Source: an uncultured Gammaproteobacteria bacterium (lineage in GTDB: Bacteria > Pseudomonadota > Gammaproteobacteria > Arenicellales > JAANXG01). Taken from it: a stretch of DNA of 56,947 nt. The notes below the pieces were generated by a model, which saw only the letters and a list, made by a program, of their open reading frames with translations, made no database searches and was not told the origin of the DNA. Where the stretch lies: contig CAMYNX010000004.1 in the NCBI GenBank assembly GCA_947259875.1, positions 1 to 56,947 of the forward strand, written 5' to 3'. The translations under genes were made by a program, and so were the position numbers. Of the stretch, positions 56,107-56,947 are shown in pieces; the first letter of the stretch is position 1, and each line of letters begins with the position of its first letter.

Positions 56107-56947
56107 TCAGGGCGCCAGTGCCTCCCGCAACGCGCCTACGCCCATCAGGTTGATCACCCGTTTGAGGTTATAGGCGAGCACATGCAGACTCATCTCGGTA
56201 CGCACGTTCGGTAACGTCCTGGTCAAAAAATGCGTATATCCCATCCACGTTTTCAGCGTCGCAAACGGATGTTCCGCAGTCTGCCGGCGAAGCTGCATCG
56301 TTTCCGGCTTGCGATCAAGTCGGGCCTGCACCCGATCGAGGACGGATTCATGTATCCAACGCTTGATCCGTCGCTGAACTCCCGTGGTGCATCGACGCTT
56401 GATCGAACAGGTCGAGCAAGCCGAACTCCAGTAACAATCCAGCGTTCTTCCACCTTCAACAGTCCTGAAACGCCAGATCGCACGCTGCCCCGCAGGACAA
56501 ATATACTCGTCGGTTTCAGATACATAGCGAAAGGCATCTCGTCCAAATAATCCTCTGGCCTCGTTGTTCGATGTCTTCGATTTGGGCACCACCACTTTGA
56601 TACCTGCCTCCTCGCACGCCAATATCTCGTCGCTCTTGTAATAGCCGCGATCCGCAATCACTGTCAGGTCCTCAGCCCCCACGGACTCTCGGGCTCGCTT
56701 CGCCATCGTCGATAACTGGTGCCGATCAATGCCCGTATTGATTACCTCGTGATCCACAATTAGATGGTGCTTCGGATCCACCGCCGTTTGCACGTTATAG
56801 CCCACAATGCCTTGGCCCCGGGTCTTCATCGATCGCGCATCCGGATCCGGTGGTGTCAGATTTTTTGTGTGCGAGTCGTTTCAGGTAATTAATCATCCAG
56901 TCTAAATCGATCGCCGAACTGGATAGCGAACTGAGCTTTTGCCGCAG
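56107..56947 (-). mobile_element. IS1182-family (IS5-superfamily DDE) transposase, C-terminal two thirds; continues beyond the window; frame split at an A6 run
   Basis: ..GYNVQTAVDPKHHLIVDHEV..VIADRGYYKSDEI..ICPAGQ..YWSSACSTCSIKRRC..AEHPFATLKTWMGYTHFLTRTL..VLAYNLKRV is the IS1182 pattern. The expected ..DPDARSMK.. is in frame, but a TGA lies about 20 codons upstream of the Met. The window-edge part (..IDLDWMINYLKRLAHKK) is in another frame. Confidence 0.85.

Overview
Chromosomal segment that looks gammaproteobacterial (inferred from gene content and thiC/tolC-type synteny). It is mostly housekeeping and signalling genes. From about 18.8 kb to 46.6 kb every credible gene is on the minus strand, but terminators and long gaps show these are many separate transcription units. 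Recognisable content: a partial PhnD-type binding protein, TolC, a Pcm-like methyltransferase, a TPP riboswitch plus thiC, a KefB/C antiporter, two GGDEF-EAL sensors (one with a DUF3365-type haem module, one 1487 aa with a periplasmic binding-protein module and a PAS array), a PilZ protein, a class III nucleotide cyclase, two sulfotransferases, patatin, pirin, YbdK, an M20 amidohydrolase, a YfcG-like GST, RarA, an EamA transporter, an itaconate-type acyl-CoA cluster (MaoC hydratase, MmgE/PrpD, acyl-CoA dehydrogenase, family III CoA-transferase) and an IS1182-family transposase at the right edge. Main observations from reading the sequence: (1) A translationally coupled pair of paralogous dynamin-like GTPases (36625-39887), the second with a C-terminal membrane hairpin. 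This is the best candidate for an uncharacterised two-component system (membrane remodelling or Eleos-like defence). (2) A modular MITE-like repeat family that I do not recognise, with inverted ends and at least six full or partial copies. Several copies sit exactly at start or stop codons. (3) Three split reading frames (Sel1-repeat protein, FmdB-type zinc-ribbon protein, IS1182 transposase). Each is restored by a 1-nt change in a homopolymer, which suggests assembly error or phase-variable tracts rather than old pseudogenes. (4) Signs of local decay: an orphan hicA, an acyl-CoA dehydrogenase with an apparent in-frame deletion, an HtrA-like protein lacking recognisable catalytic motifs, and no citramalyl-CoA lyase where a repeat plus an IS now sit. 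No rRNA, tRNA or CRISPR array was found.
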